A DNA stretch of 64,000 nucleotides from Amoebidium appalachense (GCA_963693365.1 CAVNZM010000006.1:5373264-5437263), one strand, 5' to 3'. Counted from the first letter of the stretch, positions 27,184-40,835 are shown. Made by a program: numbers and translations. Notes: generated by a model from the letters alone, not told the origin.

Positions 27184-28493
27184 TTTAAACACTTGGGGCC
27201 TGGCCCCCTGCCCCCCTAGTGCGACTACGTTACCGCAAACATTCCCGTATTCCAGTGTGCTCGGCAATGCTGCTCATGGCCTTCCCGGACTGGTTGTGAC
27301 CAGTAAAGAGCGCGCCAATTCCTGACCGCCGCCTACAGCAGTGTATGATCTGTTATCCATATTCGGCAAAAGGGGTCTTGCCCAACCAATGGCTTGAATC
27401 CTTGTAACTTTGCTTTATCCATATAAGGTTAGCTGAACACCCCCCCCTCCAATCATACCCCCCCTTCTCTCTAGTAGTAGCTCCTGGCAGACGGAAGACG
27501 GTCACGAACGAACAACCAAGCCTTGCATGCGCAATCGCAAGGCCGTTATTCCAGTCGGTCATCGCAGTTATCCCCAAATATGTCTGGAATGCATGTTTAT
27601 TATCTTTGAGAGAAACGATTGGATAACTGGATCTGTAAATATGTTACGTGATTTTGTCCAGTCATTTCATTGTGGATGAGTAAATATCAGAGGTTCGGCC
27701 CATCATTGGAGTGACAAGCAAGCGTGGTTGTTATGCTATATGCAAAGCACTTGAAAAACTTTCATTCAACTTGACTATTGAACTTTTTGGTCTGTATTTT
27801 CTCCTGTGGCACCTCGCTACTTCCTAGACACACCTGGTTTGGGCTGAGTCAGACTGTAGTCAGCGACTCAGCCGCGTGTGCGAATCGTCGATTCGTTTGA
27901 CAGGAGCCAATAGAAAATTATTTATTGTTTTCTATTGTCACCGTGCAGCAGACCATTTAACCCCCTACACTCAGCCCTGTAGATTGGAGTTTAACAATTT
28001 GTTCTATCGTGAGATGTTTATTTGTTTCTATTATGTAGTATTATTTACCCATAACAAAAGTTAGTAGCTTGAGAGTACAACTTTATTTATGTTATGTTAT
28101 TTATTCGAAAATTAATATGGTCTATTATGTCTTTTTTAACAAGATTATCCAGATGAGTAGGATTTTAGTACCTAAATTGCTGATGCATATTTTCAAGATG
28201 TGAAGTTAAGCCCATGGGTTTAGAGGTCAGCAGTCACCAACAGGGCCAAGGCACAAGGCTGTTGGTGCCCGCCACTGGAGGCGTACACATATGCACGGCC
28301 GACACTTCCCTGACACGTCGAAGCCTTTGAAAAAACAATTAGTTTTCGAATACCAAGCACTGAATAATTACACACTTCCCTCTTCACCACGAGTACCCAC
28401 CCATTTCCTTCTTTCCTTCCTTTAGTTAAAGCTTCACCGTGCAACCTCTCACTTGAAACACAAAAAAAAAACACAACTCTCCCTACCTCAAAA

Positions 28494-29327
28494 ATGAAGA
28501 CAGCATTTCTTTTCACACTAGCCGGCCTGGTCGGGGTTTCCGAGGCATACGTTGCGGCCCAGCGCGGCGGTCTCCATAGAGGATACCAGGGCCCCGGTGC
28601 ACCTAACGGGATATATGCAGTGAAATACGGTGGGGTGAAAGTCCTTTCCTGCCCTGAAGCAATAGTCAAGTATTGCCCGGGGGTGTGCGGTGAGGGCACG
28701 AACATTGCCCAAGACGTTTTGAACGACGTGGGGGGTCTTGCCTGTCTCTCATGCGTCACGAGCCACCTGGATGTGCTTCTTGCAGAGGGGTGTGACAAGC
28801 TGGCATGCATTAAAGCTAAGGAGAACATGTGCCGTGCGTGCCAACGCAACGCTGATGGCAGCGTGGTGAACGAAAAGGAGTGCAGGAGGTGTGTCATTGC
28901 GAACGCGCGCGACCTGGAGCAGGCAGGGTGCACTTCCCTCTCGCAAATCATCTGCAAGAAGGTGATCAGCGAGACATGCCCGTCATGCCCCAAGGGTAAG
29001 GATTGCAGTGAGTGCTTTAAGATTCACGAGCCCGAGCTGCCCGAAGGCTGCACCATGGCCTCCCTGGGTATTAAAGATACCGTTGTAGAGGTGCAGTCTA
29101 AGGAGTCGGACGTCCCCGTCGTTATGCAAAAGGTCGAGAAACCCATCTTCGCGGCTAGCGATATGCCCGAGGCGGACTTGATCCCTGAGGCTTATATTCC
29201 CCCCCGTGCTCCCTCTGCACCTGTGGGCGAGCGTATTCCTTTGCCTACACTCTTGCAGCAGTTGGTTTCCAGCGCCATCGAGGCCAGCCCTACACCCACC
29301 CAGGAGCCCGCCCCAACCACCGCATAG
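28494..29327 (+). CDS. Secreted cysteine-rich protein (277 aa), intronless
   Basis: ATG in AAAAATG context, signal-peptide-like MKTAFLFTLAGLVGVSEA, repeated CxxC motifs, Pro/Thr/Glu-rich tail, GC3-biased codons, AATAAA near 29427. Confidence 0.85.
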   Translation: MKTAFLFTLAGLVGVSEAYVAAQRGGLHRGYQGPGAPNGIYAVKYGGVKVLSCPEAIVKYCPGVCGEGTNIAQDVLNDVGGLACLSCVTSHLDVLLAEGCDKLACIKAKENMCRACQRNADGSVVNEKECRRCVIANARDLEQAGCTSLSQIICKKVISETCPSCPKGKDCSECFKIHEPELPEGCTMASLGIKDTVVEVQSKESDVPVVMQKVEKPIFAASDMPEADLIPEAYIPPRAPSAPVGERIPLPTLLQQLVSSAIEASPTPTQEPAPTTA

Positions 29328-29982
29328 ACCGAGTGATGTTTCGATTCGTCCTTTCTGAGCTTCGTTTGAATACACACGTGTGCACGCATTGCATGGCTTT
29401 ACCGAGGTGCATATGAGAGTTTATGAAATAAACAAGTCTAACACTCTAACTGAATACATAAAATTACACTTGATCATGCACACACACACGGATTGCACGG
29501 CTTTCGAGATAGGGGCAAACCTGCGAATCTTGAGAGCCCTGTAAATCGTGAGAAACTTATGATCCCATACTAGGTTATTTTCTTTTTTTGTGCGTTTTTT
29601 CTCATTGGTTTTGTTTGAATATGGGCGGGGAAATGGGTGGGGCGGTTACTGGCACTCAGGCCTGCAACGGCAAAAAAAAAAACGGCGCTTCTCCGATACC
29701 CAGAACGTGAAATGTGAGCTCTCAAGAGCTGCGGGCCAAAACCCTTCGGACATGTTTTCTACATAATAAACGGGCACAGACCACTTTCTTTTCAACTAAA
29801 TAAGTGTTTCTGAGTAGCTTGGGCCTTTGTTTGGGTGTAATTGTGTAGGGGTAGGTAGCTGGTGTGAGCACGTGATGCTCGGGGTAGCATTGGCCTTCAT
29901 TACTGACCACAACACTAGCATAGTACAGCACTGTTGTAACTGCGTGTCAGAAAATGGCAAAGGCTCCCAAAAAGGCAAGCAT

Positions 29983-31519
29983 ATGCCTAAGCTTCGCAAA
30001 AAAGGGCCCACTCGCAGTGCACCTAGTGTAATAAAGCAGGTTTACAAGTACGGACCCAAGTATAATCCCATGTTCATGGAACAGGCAACTAGACAGCAAA
30101 AGAAGAGAAGCTCAGTCAAGCAACGGGTTGCCGAAGTAGCTGCAACCACTGGCATTTCCGTTGCAACCCTATACAGACACAAAAAAGACCCTGAGTATGG
30201 AAACAAGAAACCGGGCCCTAAGCCCATTATGACACTGAGATGAGGAGATTGGCCTTGCTAGTGGGCTGGTGTTCCTGGCTGGGAGGGGGTTGGGGGTTTC
30301 TCGTGCTGAAGTTCTCAGGTCTGCACGGGACATTGCTGAGCGTAACGGCAAAAAATTCAATACAGCAGACGGGCTTCCGGGTGAGGGGTGGTTCAATTTG
30401 TTCGAACGCCGTGCCAAACAGCACGGTTACAACCTCAATTTCCGCAAACCAAACGAACTTTCGAAAGCGCGCGTTTCCGCATTCACGGAGGAGAAGATGA
30501 ATTCGTGGTTTGATATGGTGGAGGAACTGGTGGAAGAAAAGCAGATAAACGTAGAGAAGAATCTGTTCAATGACGACGAGAAACAACTGCGCATAACCAA
30601 CGTGCGTGCGGGTCAGAAACTTCTCACGGTCACAGACATGAAAAACATACAAAGTCGGCTATGGTTTTGCGGAGCAAGACTGGCAACTATCCATCATTCC
30701 TACTATTGTTGCGTCCGGTGACGCCCTCCCACCCACCATTGTAGTGCCCTCGAGTCTCATGTCAGAGGAAATGGAAACGGCCGTTAAGTATATCCACCCA
30801 GACGCGTTGCTAGCCTACTCTGATGACGGTTGGAGCATCAGCACAATATACCTCGAGCACACCTGGCGACACCCGAATTGGAGGCAGAAGTCTTTGCCCT
30901 CAAAACAGCAAGACAGCGGTTCGGTACAGTGCACAACATTCGTCCCGAGCAGGCAGGCACCCTCCCCACCCAACCCCCCGCGCAAACAGCCGACCCCACC
31001 AGCACGCCCCAGCAAACACCACCACACGGTCGAGCACCACTCGCAGAACGCAACCCAAACAGCAACGCCACGATAGTGCGAAAACGGAAAAAGCAACAGT
31101 GCATGATCGGAACAAGCGAGCAGCACTTGGACGGCAGAAGGGAGAAGGAACGTGTTGTGGCGGAGGAGAAGCAGAAGAAGGAGGAACGGGCAAAGGCAGC
31201 GGAGGAAAGAAAGAAGCAAAAGGCCTTAGTGGCACTGGTTATCGGTCCCTGCCAGGCAAACAAGCAGTCGGGGGAACTTTGTGGCCTCAAAGCCATGCCA
31301 AGCCACGAACACGGAGGGGTGCGACTGTGCAAGCGGCACCTAAAGACACGGAACAAGGGGTTGGAGAACACAAGCGCCGCAGCGAAACCGAACAACACCA
31401 CCAATGATGCGGAGCAGGATGTTAGCGAAAGCGAGTACGCACAGGAGGGCGAGGGGAACAGAGCGCAAAGGAGGAGTGGGAGGAGAGATACAGGGGGAGG
31501 AGCATGTGGGAAGATGTAG
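29983..31519 (+). pseudogene. Decayed, internally deleted pogo/Fot1-like transposase
   Basis: Psq-like HTH (VAATTGISVATLYRH..KPGPKPIMT), CENP-B-like HTH (LPGEGWFNLFERR), first catalytic region LFNDDE, SDDGW motif, then a jump to a K/E-rich C-terminal helix. Spread over 4 ORFs in shifting frames. Confidence 0.75.
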
Positions 31520-31529
31520 GGGAAGAAGG

Positions 31530-31818
31530 TGAAGGAAGGGGGAGTGACACGGAGGATGATGTGATGCCCACGAGCGACTATGGGGCTGCCGTTTGATTGT
31601 TTAAAAATAAAGAGTTCCTTTTGACGCAGAACAGCTTCATATTCCGCAGTTGTGACGTTTGCGTAGTATATGTGTGCTGTATCCTCCCAGATGGTAAGCA
31701 GGACTTCCAAGTGAGGATAGTGCTTGATTTTCAGTAACTGCGCATCATCCTTGTACTCTATGTCAACCATGTCGCTTGTGTCAAGCCGGGGCACAAGAAT
31801 AATGTCGGCAAATGCCAT
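31530..31818 (-). CDS. Hypothetical protein N-terminus (~95 aa), unknown function
   Basis: The first ~95 aa of ORF 30838..31818 have globular composition after AAAATG. The remainder is the antisense shadow of the pogo relic. Confidence 0.35.
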
Positions 31819-31930
31819 TTTACTTGTCCTTGTGTATGTTTGGCCTCGAAGCCTCGGAGTTTTAGTGACCGTAAAAAGAGCTAGGAGAAAGTGGGAGAAT
31901 AGATAGTGTGGGCACTTCGACGGGACGGGA

Positions 31931-32712
31931 CGGCGGTCAGGAATTGGCGCGCTCTTTACTGGTCACAACCAGTCCGGCAAGGCCATGAGCAGCATTGCCA
32001 AGTACACTGGAATACGGGAACGTTTGCGGTAACGTAGTCGCACTAGGGGGGCAGGGGGCCAGGCCCCAAGTGTTTAAAATGAAGCCAGGCTGCCCTAAGG
32101 GCACAACACAGCGCCCTGGGCATAAAACAGGCGGAGCTAGGGAGGGAGCTGGGCGCAAAAAAAAGATGCTGCACTTGTTCAGCCTTTAGCGAACTTTGCA
32201 GGTTTTGGGAAGGCAAACAAAGTTGTTTTGCAGGAACTAAACGTAAACGCACAACCCGAACAGCCCCTCTATCTAAGGCCGCCGATATAAGGGCCCGTGT
32301 AGTTGAGGCAGGTGGCGTCCATTCGTTACCAAGAGAAATGGATCGGGCCCCTGCTCCACACCCACCAGACATACAGGTGCAACCCGACGAGGAACCTCTG
32401 CTCAATGCAGCAGCAGATGCGTACCGGGTAGACGAGGATGAAGGGGAGGAAGAGGGAGAAGATAATACGGACGGGGATGACGGTGGAGAGGAGTTTTCTG
32501 ACGCGGCGGGCGAAACAATCAAGTCGCACCTGCACACAGTGAAAGAGAGTCTCAAAGATGAGAAGACGCCTGTGGGGTGGCATCTTCCACCTCCCATTAT
32601 AGGCTTTAAATTTGGGGGCGATCCAGCGCCTTTCTACAAACCCAGATGTTTTGCCTGGCTTCCGGATAGGTTGTCTCCCGATTCATGGCTACCACCTACT
32701 GAGGCGGTGTCT

Positions 32713-32746
<34 letters not shown>

Positions 32747-33581
32747 AAAAGGGACCGCCTGAGTAGATGTAAAAACGTCGCACGTGCGGCAACACGTCAG
32801 TACGTGTTAGGTTTCATGGTGCCGTGCCCCTTCGATGATCACTACGTGGACCCCCACAACCACCCCAACCCACACCGTACTTCTCGCAATGGGTTCATGA
32901 GCAACCCCGTCGGACGGCGTGTTATCGACTTTGACAGCTGCTACTACATTATCACGGCCCGGTACTTTTGTGACACATGCAAAAAAAACTTTGCCGGCAC
33001 AAACCCCCAGACAATTAAACGCCTCCCACTCTTCATGCGTGATCAGTTTCCGGCCTACCTTAGCCACCACAGTGGGTTCGACCTAAAGGTGGTAACATTG
33101 TTGCGTGCACTGGCAGACAAAGGTGTGGGCCCAAACGCCTTTGCCACCCTCCTCTCGGAGCCAAGCAGCGATACGACGAGCAGCGGCTCCTGTATTACTC
33201 GAGGGCGCTGCATTGGACCAAGTATGAACTCAAAAAGCGTAACGATTTCCTTCCCCACGACCAGCGCCCAGAGGAGCAGGCCGCTAAGTTCTCGGCGTTT
33301 GGTGACAAAAATGGTTATGCTGGACATGTGCCTTCAGGCAAGTGTGCACTGCATTTTGGGTGTGTAAATGGTCGTCATTGTTTTGTATGCACGTGCTTGG
33401 GCATTTTTTGGATTGGCTTGGTAGGGTTTTGTTTTATTATTTTTTATTTTTTTTTAGGGGGGGGGGGGGGGACTTGGAAATGTGTTTTCGAAGTGTGGTC
33501 AATAAGTTTCTATTATGGTGGTGGTGGATGTGTGGTGGTGGATGTGCGCCTGTGAGTGTGTGTGTACTTGTGGGTCCGTGT

Positions 33582-33612
<31 letters not shown>

Positions 33613-34138
33613 GGGGGGAGGGGGAGGGGGGAATGGTGATGGATTAGGTGGTGGTGGTGGCAATCAGTCATGGTGGTGGTGGTGGTGGTGGGGGGAGGGG
33701 GGAGGGGGGGGGGGGGGGGGGGGGCAGAGGGATCATCAGAGGGGTGAAAGCATAACGGTCCATGTACCAGTGAGTGTGCTTGGGAAATCGTGTAGAACTG
33801 TTATGCCTGGAATTAGATGGTGGGTGTGCGCATGTGTGTCTGTGTGTGTTGGGGGGAAAGGAGGTGGAGAGCGGGGGGGGGGGGGGGGGGGGGGGGGGGA
33901 GGGGGGGGGGGGGGGGGGGGGGGATGGGAAGGAGGTGGGGGGTGGGGGGAGGGAGGGGGGGGGGGGGGGGCACATGGTGGTAGACTGGATCTTGGTGGCC
34001 ACACTTAATGGTTATTATAGTAGTGGCAGGAGGGTGTGGGGGGAAGGGCAAACGGACGTGCAGGGGACAAACTGCAGATGGGGCATAAAGGGGAAAGAAG
34101 GTGAAAGTTGGTGCAATGACTTGGAGGGTTTGCGCGCG

Positions 34139-34196
<58 letters not shown>

Positions 34197-34884
34197 AACG
34201 GCCGGAGATGGGTGTGTAGCGTTTTTGAGATGGGAAAAGCCATACAGACTTACGAAAATACAGAGGTGAGATGAACACGAGGGGCTAGAGGGAATGGGGG
34301 GGATGGTCCTTGATGGGAGGGTGGTGGAGTTCTAACAGTTTTTGGGGTGCAGGCAAATACCTGAGTGCCGTGTATACTGAGTTCAGCGACCGCACGGCAA
34401 AGTACCAGAGCCTGGACACGCAGCTCAAGCCCGTAAACAACGTGCTCAAGGCCGACCACACCTTCCGAATTGGGAATCTCACCGGCATCAATGGGGAGCC
34501 TCTGTACCGAGGCCTATGGACTTGTGTAAACGAGCTTTGCGGTGTGTGGTCCCTCCTCTTCTCCCCCCTCCCCCCACTCTCCCCAGGCCCCCTCTCCCCC
34601 CCCCCCCCCCCCCCCCACACGCCCACCCGCGCCCCCCCCCCCCCCCCCCACACACACACACCCCCCCCTCCCCCCCCCCCCTCCCCCCTCTAGGGCCTTT
34701 AAATCTCTTAGGCTCCACATTTCATGAGAACACACACTGTGAGTAGAGGTGTGTAGTATGTGGGTTTTGGGGACAATTCTTGCCCTGTCGAGCAAAAACT
34801 AGGAAGCTCCAGATATGTGTATATGTGTTTTTGCTGGGTAGAGATTGGGGTGGGCTGGGGTGGAGCTTTCTTTTGGCGGGGAAT

Positions 34885-34935
<51 letters not shown>

Positions 34936-35340
34936 AGCTTCTGCCAAGCAGAATGGGAGTAGGGGCCAGTGATTGCAAGGGATACAGGGGGGGGGGGGGG
35001 GGGGGGGGTGGAGACACCACCGTGGGGGTTGAAGGTAGAGAGGGCAAGAGGCCCGGGGGGGGGGGGGGGGCAGTAGGTGCCATATGGAGGGCTGTCAACA
35101 TGGTTGGTGAGCAAAAGGATGGCCGTCCCATGGTTTGGGAGGAGGGGGAGTGGGGAAGGATCGTGGGCACATGGGTTTGGGGGAAAGGCAGAGAGGGGGA
35201 AAGGATTGTGATCACAAGGGTTTAGGGGGAGGAAGGGGGAAGGATTGTAGGTACATGGGTTTAGGGGGGGGGGGGGGGAAGATTTTGGGGGAAAGGGAGG
35301 CCTGGGGAAAGTATGTGGGCACATGGGTTTGGGGGGAGGG
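31931..35340 (+). mobile_element. Truncated inverted copy of the Zisupton-like element (5' region, exons 1-2, part of intron 2)
   Basis: Reverse-complement match to ~27331-24060. Carries frameshifts, small deletions and a MITE insertion, and ends inside the minisatellite. Confidence 0.92.
32689..32810 (-). mobile_element. MITE copy 2 (122 bp) inserted in transposase exon 1
   Basis: Reverse complement of 6738-6868, flanked by GATTCATGG / GTTTCATGG. The empty site is visible in the other copy at ~26570-26582. Confidence 0.88.
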
Positions 35341-35569
35341 AGGGGGACGCGAAAGGCATAGAGAAAGCGGCAGAGAGAGAGAGATGAGAGAGAGAGCAAG
35401 GGGGGGAGGGAGGTGGGGAGGGGAAAACACAACTAGTGCTTGAGCAATAACATATCCATAAAGGCTTTAAGTAAACGGACACGGGAACATGTTTTGCTAT
35501 TGTTGTTCCTGTTGGCAACCCTCAGTCTGGGAAGATGGCAATTTTCAGGACCCTATTTTCGTCTTTCAA

Positions 35570-35614
<45 letters not shown>

Positions 35615-35672
35615 TTTAAGGGCCCTAATGATAGAGGGAGAGGCCGGATGTTTGGAAGAGGAGAATTGAGGG

Positions 35673-35713
<41 letters not shown>

Positions 35714-36607
35714 GGAAGGGGGTGAGAGGTGGAAGGGGGGGGGGGGGGAGGGGAGGAGGAGGGTATGTCGTTCTCTGTATGAAGCATCCTGATTTTGGGT
35801 ACCGTAGTGTGTACCAAGTTGAATTCCAATTCTGTATTTGATGGTATGTTCTGGAAGGATACTACAGTAGGGTGGGGCGACGGACTGAGAAGGGCCGGGG
35901 ACGTCAGACCCTGGGGGGAGGGAGGGGAGGGGAGGGGGGGGGGGGGGGAGGGGGGAGGGGGGGGTGACTCGGGGGGTGGGGGGAAAGGGAGGGTGGAGGT
36001 TTGAAGGGGGGGGGGAGGGGGGCGGTTGGGGATCCACAGGGCCTGAAAACAGAACCAACCATATACATGTACAGATTCTATGCCCGCCTAAAGAACGAGT
36101 TAGACATGGGTGTGCAAAGCAACGAATTCTGGTATTCCATTTGTCAAATTCAATCGTATATTTCGTTTTTTCCTTTAGCAATAGACAATATCCATGAAGC
36201 TTTTCAGCATGTGCACGAGCTTGTGTGAAAATGCGTTTCTTAACAGGCCATTTGGGCTGTGTTAACTTGCACCACTTGGCTGACATGCGCATGTACAACA
36301 CCAGATAAAATATTAACGTGTCGGACTCCTACATTCACATCGCAAATTCACATCACTACACACTAAACAGCAGGCAGCATACATATTCTTTCAACCAGGT
36401 TTCATTCAATAAAAATTTAAGAATATTCAGGTGTACTAATATATAGCTAACACAGATATGCCCTTACGTGCGTAACCATCACCAGTTTAGTCACCTGCCC
36501 CTATACAGCTCCGTACAAACAAACAGTCAGAAATCCGTTTTGAACACGCATTGTGGCAACACGAACCCGAAAACTCAAATCCCAATTCAGACGTGCGTAC
36601 AAGTTAA

Positions 36608-36642
<35 letters not shown>

Positions 36643-36739
36643 TTCTCTCCCGTGTCCGTGTACAGGTCAAAAGATTTTTTTTTTAAAAAAAAAATAAAAA
36701 ACCCAAGGGAGAGCAAGTCACACACACACACACACACAG

Positions 36740-36868
<129 letters not shown>

Positions 36869-36906
36869 ATATAGAATAAGAGAAGGAAAAAAGGCGTTTC
36901 CCAAAT

Positions 36907-38445
36907 TTAACAATAATCAAGATAAATGACCTCTATCAAATCAGGTGTCGGTCTACTTTCCCGACCCGAAACCACCCTATCGTCATTCAGCTTGTTGTTG
37001 GAACCCAACGTCAATTCCCTCCCACATTTCTGACAATTTCTACATTCCGATACTTTTTTACCGGGATTTGGATTGGGCATAATCAGTGGTGCGCCGACCT
37101 CAGCCGAAAAACACGGTTTTCCAATTCTTCCATTGCCGGGTTTCTCACCCTTTTCCGCACTACTCCCTCTCCCACTTACACCCGATGTTCCCTCTTGCGT
37201 ATCGTCAGAATCTTCGACGCGGCTTCCGATTGGAACCGGGTTTTCCGTATTGTTTTTACCGGAATTTCCGGCTTCTTTGTGCGCCAGTAGGACTTTTTTC
37301 TTTTCAACGTTCGTTCCTACTTGCGGAGTTTCAATATCCAAACCAGAATCCTTTCGCTGACCAACCGAGTGGGCACCTTTTAATCCCTGATCCTGCCTTT
37401 TCCCGATAGTTTCCGCTCGTTTCGGTATTTGATTTCGTTTTCCGGTATTGTTATTTTCCGATTCTACGCCTGGAGATGACGGCCCGGACGTAATCACCTC
37501 GTCCTCACTCTCACTATCAACATTTATTACTTCCATTGCGTCATTCGAATTCTCGGGTTTCTTTCTCGGGATTTTTGAAATTTCCGAGTTATCAGTTCTT
37601 CGTCTCTTGTCACCCTGCACACCATCCTCCGTTTCGTAATCGCTATCTACAGTATAAACTTCCGCATTGCGTTTCCCATTGACCTTCCCTGGCCACCCAC
37701 ACCCAGTTTCGCTTCCAGGTTCCAATGCATTTTCCGTCCCCGTTCTTCCATTTGGGCACCGATCTTCGGAGTTTTTCACAGGCGGGTTCTTTGAAAATTG
37801 ATGTTCTATCTCTTCATCTTCGCATTCATTTTCACAATCCTCCTCTTCTGTTTCGTAGTTTTCGGAACCCCACTCGCGCAGCCGGAATTGCAGTTGTTTT
37901 CTTCCGGGTTCCATGGGTATATCCCCAACTTTTGCACGATGGGGTTTATCGCGTCTAATTTCCGGGGTGCATCTTGAACCCGTCGCAATGATGGAACGTG
38001 ATCGAAGCTGCCTCCCAGTCGGTGATCGTGCCCGATTAGACCGATTACGCCCCATCAATCGCACAGATCTCCTCCTCCTTTCACACCCCTCCCCCTCACA
38101 ACTTCTCCCTCTTTCACCGTCCGAAATCTCCGATCCGTTGTCCGATCCGTTTTCCAGATCCGTCGAATCACCCAAGAAGAGGGGGTCTATTGACTCGTTG
38201 AACATTTTCCGCCTTCTCTCTACCCGGTGGCCGTGTTTTTGGAGGTAGTGTGCAAAGGGCCGAGGATCATCTTCACTCTCTGATTCCTGGGGAGGAGTGA
38301 AAGCGTGGTAGATTGTATCAAGTTAGTAGGAAAAGGAATCCGAACATACAAACGAAAGGACAGGAAAGAAGTACCGAATGACTGAGTGACACACCTCCCC
38401 CCGCCCATCCCACACATGCACGGCTCCGCCCCCATCCCCTGCTTA

Positions 38446-38498
<53 letters not shown>

Positions 38499-38516
38499 CG
38501 CCCGCCCCGCTGGGGG

Positions 38517-38553
<37 letters not shown>

Positions 38554-39172
38554 AAAAAAGAGGGAAAAAATTTGAAACGGCAAAAAACCAAACAAAACAG
38601 CTGTTGCTGATGCTTTCTTAGGTAGTCCTTGCTTTCCGAGCTCAGGGGAGGATGGAAAATAGGAAGCAAGGAAAAGAACATAGAAGTGGAACAGAACAAG
38701 CTGGATAGCAACACACACACACATCCACATCTACGGATACACTCGCACCCACGGACGGACACACACACACACATATATGCAGTCACGCACACACCCACAT
38801 ACAGGGGCACACACACCCAATCATGCTGACACACACGCAAGCGCTTGCACATACACACACACACATGCACCCACACGCATACACACACACAAGCACACAC
38901 ACACGCGCGCACACACACACATGCCAACATACACACACCCATCCACATATGCAGACATAAACAACCACCAACCCATATGCTCGAGCCCAAACAAATGAAC
39001 ATGTCCCACCGGGAAGAGGGGGGAGAGGGGGGGGGGGGGGAGGGAGAGGGAGGGAGGGAGGGAGGGAGGGAGGGGAGGGAGAGAGGGAGGGAGGGAGGGA
39101 GGGAGGGAGGGCGGGAAGGAGGGGAAGAGAGAGAGGTAGAGAGGTAGAGAGAGAGACAGGGAGGGGGAGAGA

Positions 39173-39223
<51 letters not shown>

Positions 39224-39650
39224 GGGGGGGGGGGGGGGGACACAAAGGGAGAGAGAGAGGGAGACAGAGAAAGACAGGAGGAAGGAAGGGAGGGGGGGGA
39301 GGGAGGGTGAGGGTGAGGGGAGGGAGGGGAAAGGGAGAGAGGACAGAGGGAGGGAGAGAAGGAGGGGGAGGCAGGGAGGGCCGGAAGGATGGGGAGCGTG
39401 AGGGGGAGGATGCGGAGGGAGAGGAAAAGAAATACAGGGAGAGGCAGAGATGGAGAGAGAGAGAGAGAGAGGACCCACCTCCTCATCACCCCGGTGGTCC
39501 CAATACTCATCCCCGTAGTCTAATAGTGCCTCTTCGTGTTCATCCATATCTGTAGTATTTCCGTTTTAGCCATTTTTTTTAACTGGTCAATCACATCATA
39601 CATACATACATATATACACACAACTATCATCAGATCACTCACCCGTTCAA

Positions 39651-39693
<43 letters not shown>

Positions 39694-40430
39694 CATATAG
39701 AATCACGAGGAACACAACTAATTGATTTTCTTCATAGTTTATATGGTGCTTCATATAGTAAGAAAACCCTCAGGTTTATAGTCATCACCCGACATTTATG
39801 TACATGACCATGATATAAGACTGAGGGGATATTCCGAGCAAAAGCCCCTCATACCTGAAACTGGTCTCTCTTTGCCTCGAGCAAACAGCGTAAGCCCCTC
39901 AATCACATACATACACCCAAGTAACACCAAATCACCCACCCGCTCGACCAGACAAGCACATATATGAGCACTGCCACACAGCAAACACACGATGAAAAAC
40001 AAGGAGCATGCAACACCGCTGCAGAGCCCATCCATCTCCCATCGTCAAAAAATGTAGTCCCAAACGATTCATAAGGAAGCATTCACCCTATATGCCAGCA
40101 CAAAACATACACTGTACTTGTGAGCTTGGGTGGTTACATCGTTCTGGTCAACATTTGCACGCTCAAGCGGGCAACCGGAAAAAAATATAGGACGGAAAAG
40201 AAAGAGGAAATCTATGCATACCGTGTGGATTGGGGGGGCAGGGGGGAGGGGGGGGGAGCATGTGGGTTTGTGACGATCATACAGAAAAAAGAAAAAAAAA
40301 CACCCGAATACCTACACACAAAGACAACAAAGCAAAAACTTCAAAAAAACCTAAGAACCATGACGGAAGGATGTATTTGAGCACATCCCATCACCCGAGG
40401 AGCCGTTCGGGGACAGGAGGGGGGGGGGAG

Positions 40431-40493
<63 letters not shown>

Positions 40494-40835
40494 GGCAGTT
40501 AGGTTGCGTTCCCGGGTACACAGTCACAAAGGACAACACAATGCAGATGTTGCAGAGAACACAACAAAAGAGAGTGCATCACAAGCAGAGAGGGAGAGGG
40601 GGGTGGAGCGGGGTGGGGTGTGTGTGTGTGTGTGTGGTGGTGGTGGGGGGGAGGGTGGGTGGGTGGGGGGGGGGGGGGGGGGGAGGGGGGGGGAAGTGGG
40701 CACACCTCTGAGCTGGACTATAAGGGGAACCCTCCACTCGTTTCTCAGCGTTACCTCCACACATGCAAGTGTCTGCCGTGCAAGGTCTTTGTTGGTGGGC
40801 CTGTGGAGTGCAATGTAAGTGTGTGTAGATGGGTG

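Noticed and set aside
36040-36300. hAT transposase relic suggested by minus-strand RIRCFAH
   Set aside because: Single short motif; no other hAT motifs or TIRs found with confidence.
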